Assembly: GCA_045837725.1 (NCBI GenBank)
Contig: JBEWZL010000123.1
Coordinates: 124,001 to 188,000, forward strand
DNA: 64,000 nt
DNA from: Vermamoeba vermiformis
Lineage: Eukaryota
Direction of reading: 5' to 3'
Shown here: piece after piece, positions 60,674 to 64,000 of the stretch
How the letters are laid out: the number at the start of each line of letters is the position of its first letter
Numbering within the stretch: the stretch's first letter is position 1
Notes under the pieces: model-generated
The model's input: the letters and a program-made list of their open reading frames with translations, nothing else
Database searches by the model: none
What the model was told of the DNA's origin: nothing
Program-made: the position numbers and the translations under genes

Positions 60674-61912
60674 ATGCAATACTTTGACACGATTTCGACC
60701 GCTACGAAGACCTCTCTCATTACGCTCGCAGCATCCGCTTCATTTTACGCTTTGCGCAATGTAAGTTGAAACCCTAATCATTTTTTTGCTAACAAATATT
60801 GTATACAGTGGACTGCAGGTGGTGTAAATCAGCATAGAATTGACATGAGCGGTAAAGTAAGTAATTCCGGATCAACCCAGAATTTGCTAATCCGGCTTAA
60901 TCAGACAGTCTTTATCACGGGTGGTAATACTGGAATTGGTAAAGAAACTGCTAAGGAGCTGGCAACATTAGGGGCAGAGGTGATCATATGTAAGTTGGTT
61001 CTGTTATGGCAATACATTACTAATTATGGTAATTTTCAGCTGTGCGCGACGACCAGAAAGGAATATCAACAGTTGCACAACTAAAAGACCAATCAGGGAG
61101 CTCTAAAATATCATATGTAGTGCTTGAGCTCGAACGGTTGTACTCTGTACGTGAGTGCGCAGATCAACTGAGAGCAAGTGGAAAGAAAATTGATATTTTG
61201 ATTTTAAACGCTGGTGTTGCTGTAAGTAACAATGATAGCTCGTCAAAGCTAATCTAATCAATCTGCTGTTAGTTGGTCCCGCACGTGCTGACTGAAGATG
61301 GCTTCGAGACGCACATGGCAGTCAATCACTTGTCACAGTTCCTGTTGACACGACTGCTGCTCAAGTACAACCTGATCAATGAACCTGGCCGCATTCTCGT
61401 AGTGTCGTCGTTGGCTAATGAATCAGCGTCCATAGATTTCGACGACTTGAATTGGAAGAAGCGGCCGTACGGTCAAGTTAGTGCCTACGGACAGAGCAAA
61501 CTAGCCAACGTGTTGTTTGCTAAAGAACTCGATGAACGCCTCAGACGACAAAACAAAAATATTACAGCCGTGTCAATACATCCCGGTGCAGGTAATATCA
61601 AGCGCTATTCATGAATACAGCCAAACTGACCAGGAAATTGCAGTGGCAACGGATCTAGGACGTCATTTACACTGGCTAATTCGACCAATCAACGCACTGT
61701 TCATTCCTTTCTTCTACAAAACAGTACGCGAAGGTGCTCAGACCACACTACACTGCTCTATGGCCCCTGAAATTCCCTCGCAAGGTGGTCGTTACTTCGC
61801 CGACTGCAAGTTGAAAGAGCCCAACAAACTCGTCTATGACAGCGAGACACGTGCACGATTATGGAGCATTAGCGAAAGACTAGTTGGGTTGATTGAAGAG
61901 AAGACGGAGTAA
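60674..61912 (+). CDS. Retinol dehydrogenase 12/13/14-like short-chain dehydrogenase
   Basis: VFITGGNTGIGKETA, IDILILNAGV, TEDGFETHMAVNHL, YGQSKLANVLF, HPGAVATDL, EGAQTTLHC. Confidence 0.9.
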
Positions 61913-62033
61913 TTGATAATAGTTGCAATAGATTTACATTGCATTTATTTTCAAGTTTGGAAACTATGTACAAACACTATGTGACAAAATAATAATCACA
62001 ATATTGTTATCAATCTACATCTTTGTATTTGGA

Positions 62034-64000
62034 TCATAGAGGCTCAAAATCATCTTCAGTCAATGACGCATTCATTGAGGCCTCTAATTCATGTTCAGGC
62101 GAACTAGTTTCAACCGTGAACACGAGCGGAACATTCTTTTGCTCCCACTGATTGGCAACTTGTTAGTGACTAGACAACGATATATTATGAATAATAGGAC
62201 GTACCTTATAGTAAAAATCGATGAACTTGAAGAACTCCTCGCGTGTCTTCAACAAAAATCCTACAGCTAAGCTCGGATCCACGTCTTCAAAGTTCATTCG
62301 TTGAGGGACTTTGCAGTGATAGCTCTATTATGCATAGTATTAGTATTGGCTCTAACTTATAGCATCATAAACTGAACATACCTCCAACACATCCACGGAG
62401 TAATCTTGGTCTGGTTTCACTGCAGGACGAACAACGTGCGGATCCAAGTACACCACGTCCTCGTCTTGATAGCCAACAAAATAGAGCGACTTGTTTGGCT
62501 TGCCGCCGATAATACCCACCGAGAACGGGCACTCCAAGCACGCTTTCAAGTGCGGGATGTACGTCTTGTTCAACTTGTCAATGCCCAATCGCGTCGGAAC
62601 AATGAGCAGCAGTGGCCGCCAGAAGGCTTGAGGAGGCTGATTGGTGTTGGGTTGTGTCGAGGGCTGTTGTTGCGCTGGCTGTTGCGGCACGAGTGGCGGC
62701 ATGCCTGTGTTCTTCGATGGCGAGCGCGAGAGTGGTGTTGAGGTCTTGGACGAGGGTGAAGACGACAAGCTGCCGTTGACTTTTGACTTGCTCGTTGATC
62801 GCGTGACACGTGTCTTCTGTGAACTGAGGCCCGTCAAGTCATCGAGCTCAATGACCGGTCCTGACTCGGTCTCTTTGATCACCATGGCGCTGTGCTTATT
62901 CTGCACTACGACGCTGTCGACTTCTCCCTCGCGAGGACTTGCGAGAACGAGGCTTGGTGGTCTCGCCATTAGTGCCGTTAGTCTCGTTCTTCTTCTTTTT
63001 CTCCTTGAGACTGCTCTTCAACAGCGGATAAGGATCACTCGAAGTCAAACTCTTGCGTTGATTCTTCAAAAAGTCCTCTTCTTCCTGCGACATCACGTCA
63101 TCTTCGCTTGAAAAGTCTTCGCTCTCATCAGACACGTCGTGTCCGTTATTTGCATTTGTATTGTTGAAATTACTATGTACAGTTTGATTATTTGGCTGAT
63201 TGTTCTTCATGTGCGAAGCGGGCTTGGATGAGCAAATGATGAGAATTTGATCGATGTAGACCACTCCCTGCGAGGGCACATTCATCACAAGGCCTTCTGG
63301 GCTGTGTCGCCGAATCAAAATTCTAATAATAGTGTTAATACAGCTCGGCACTATATGTGACATGTGCGTGTCAGTGCTTACTCTAATATCTGACAGATCT
63401 CTGAAGGTGCTAGCCAATTGCCTCCTTTGTACAAATACTCTTCCGTCTTCTCCTCGTATTCAATGTTGTATTTGGCCGCACGTTGTCGCTTGATCCACGC
63501 ATTGCGCGCAATGATGTTGTGAATGGAATAGGGATGAGCTGTCGAAGGATTATCCGAGAACCAGCGCAGCACCTAATTATAGATGTCAGCCTCTATTGTT
63601 ATATATGACAGGGGATTACATTACCTGTCTGTAAGTCGAGTACGGTGACTTCCTATCCGCGTCAAGACCAGCTAGTGACACGAGTGTTAGCAAGTGATTA
63701 CAAGTGATATAAAGTGACGTACTAGACTCAAATAAGTTCATCAATGCTTGTGCGAGCACCATTTGACCTGATCGAACCATACAGCCCCAACCTAGAAACA
63801 CCAGATCCAGGTCAATTAATTGTTCCTACTCCTCGGGCCTAACAGTCTATAATCACATATGCATTATTGTCGTGCATACCAATGTCAGAAGTGACTGAAT
63901 AAGGTCCTTGTTGCAGTTCAGGAAAGTCTTTGCGGTAAGTGAACCAAACGATGTTAGAAAAATCTTGAATAAATCGCTGGGCGTGGGGATACTGATGCGA
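62034..64000 (-). CDS. ATG4: Autophagy cysteine protease ATG4 (5' part outside the window)
   Basis: WFTYRKDF, TSDIGWGCMVRSGQMVLAQAL (catalytic Cys), PYSIHNI, GIIGGKPNKSLYFVG, YLDPH (Asp/His), DPSLAVGF, and C-terminal LIR-like DDFEPL*. Confidence 0.95.

Overview
Gene-dense, intron-rich nuclear DNA from a single-celled eukaryote. It is probably an amoebozoan; I infer this from a C2-GBD/FH3-FH1-FH2-DAD formin of the Dictyostelium ForA type, a Rab32-type GTPase, Integrator and minor-spliceosome introns. About 33 protein genes can be reconstructed across mostly short (about 45-100 nt) introns: POLE2, INTS2, CD2BP2, ODC carrier, PSMB3, RPL35A, tweety-like, PSMD6, SUMO, Gfo/Idh/MocA oxidoreductase, RPP38, RPLP0, TFIIS, Rab32, DROSHA, tandem-SET protein, CCT5, METTL15/RsmH, MUS81, NOP10, an EF-hand/inositol-phosphate-kinase fusion, formin, p24/TMED2, site-1 protease, SPO16/PTD-like, CDC7, UQCC1, a bacterial-type glycosyltransferase, CorA-like, a Cys-rich membrane protein, an unknown helical protein, an RDH-like SDR and ATG4. 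There is also an intronic U35/snR73-type C/D snoRNA in an apparently non-coding host transcript. Two signals stand out. (1) An animal-type DROSHA (RS-rich N-terminus, central/platform domain, two RNase III domains, dsRBD) occurs in what appears to be a non-holozoan protist. (2) Some gene bodies, both exons and introns, are saturated with a small vocabulary of palindromic transcription-factor-like words (TGACANNTGTCA, RTCACGTGAY, CCTAATTAGG, CTAAAAATAG, TTCAGTGAA) at tens to hundreds of times random expectation, while other stretches are almost free of them. All homology calls are by eye against remembered sequences, with no database search. Exon boundaries are manual and motif counts are minimum counts.
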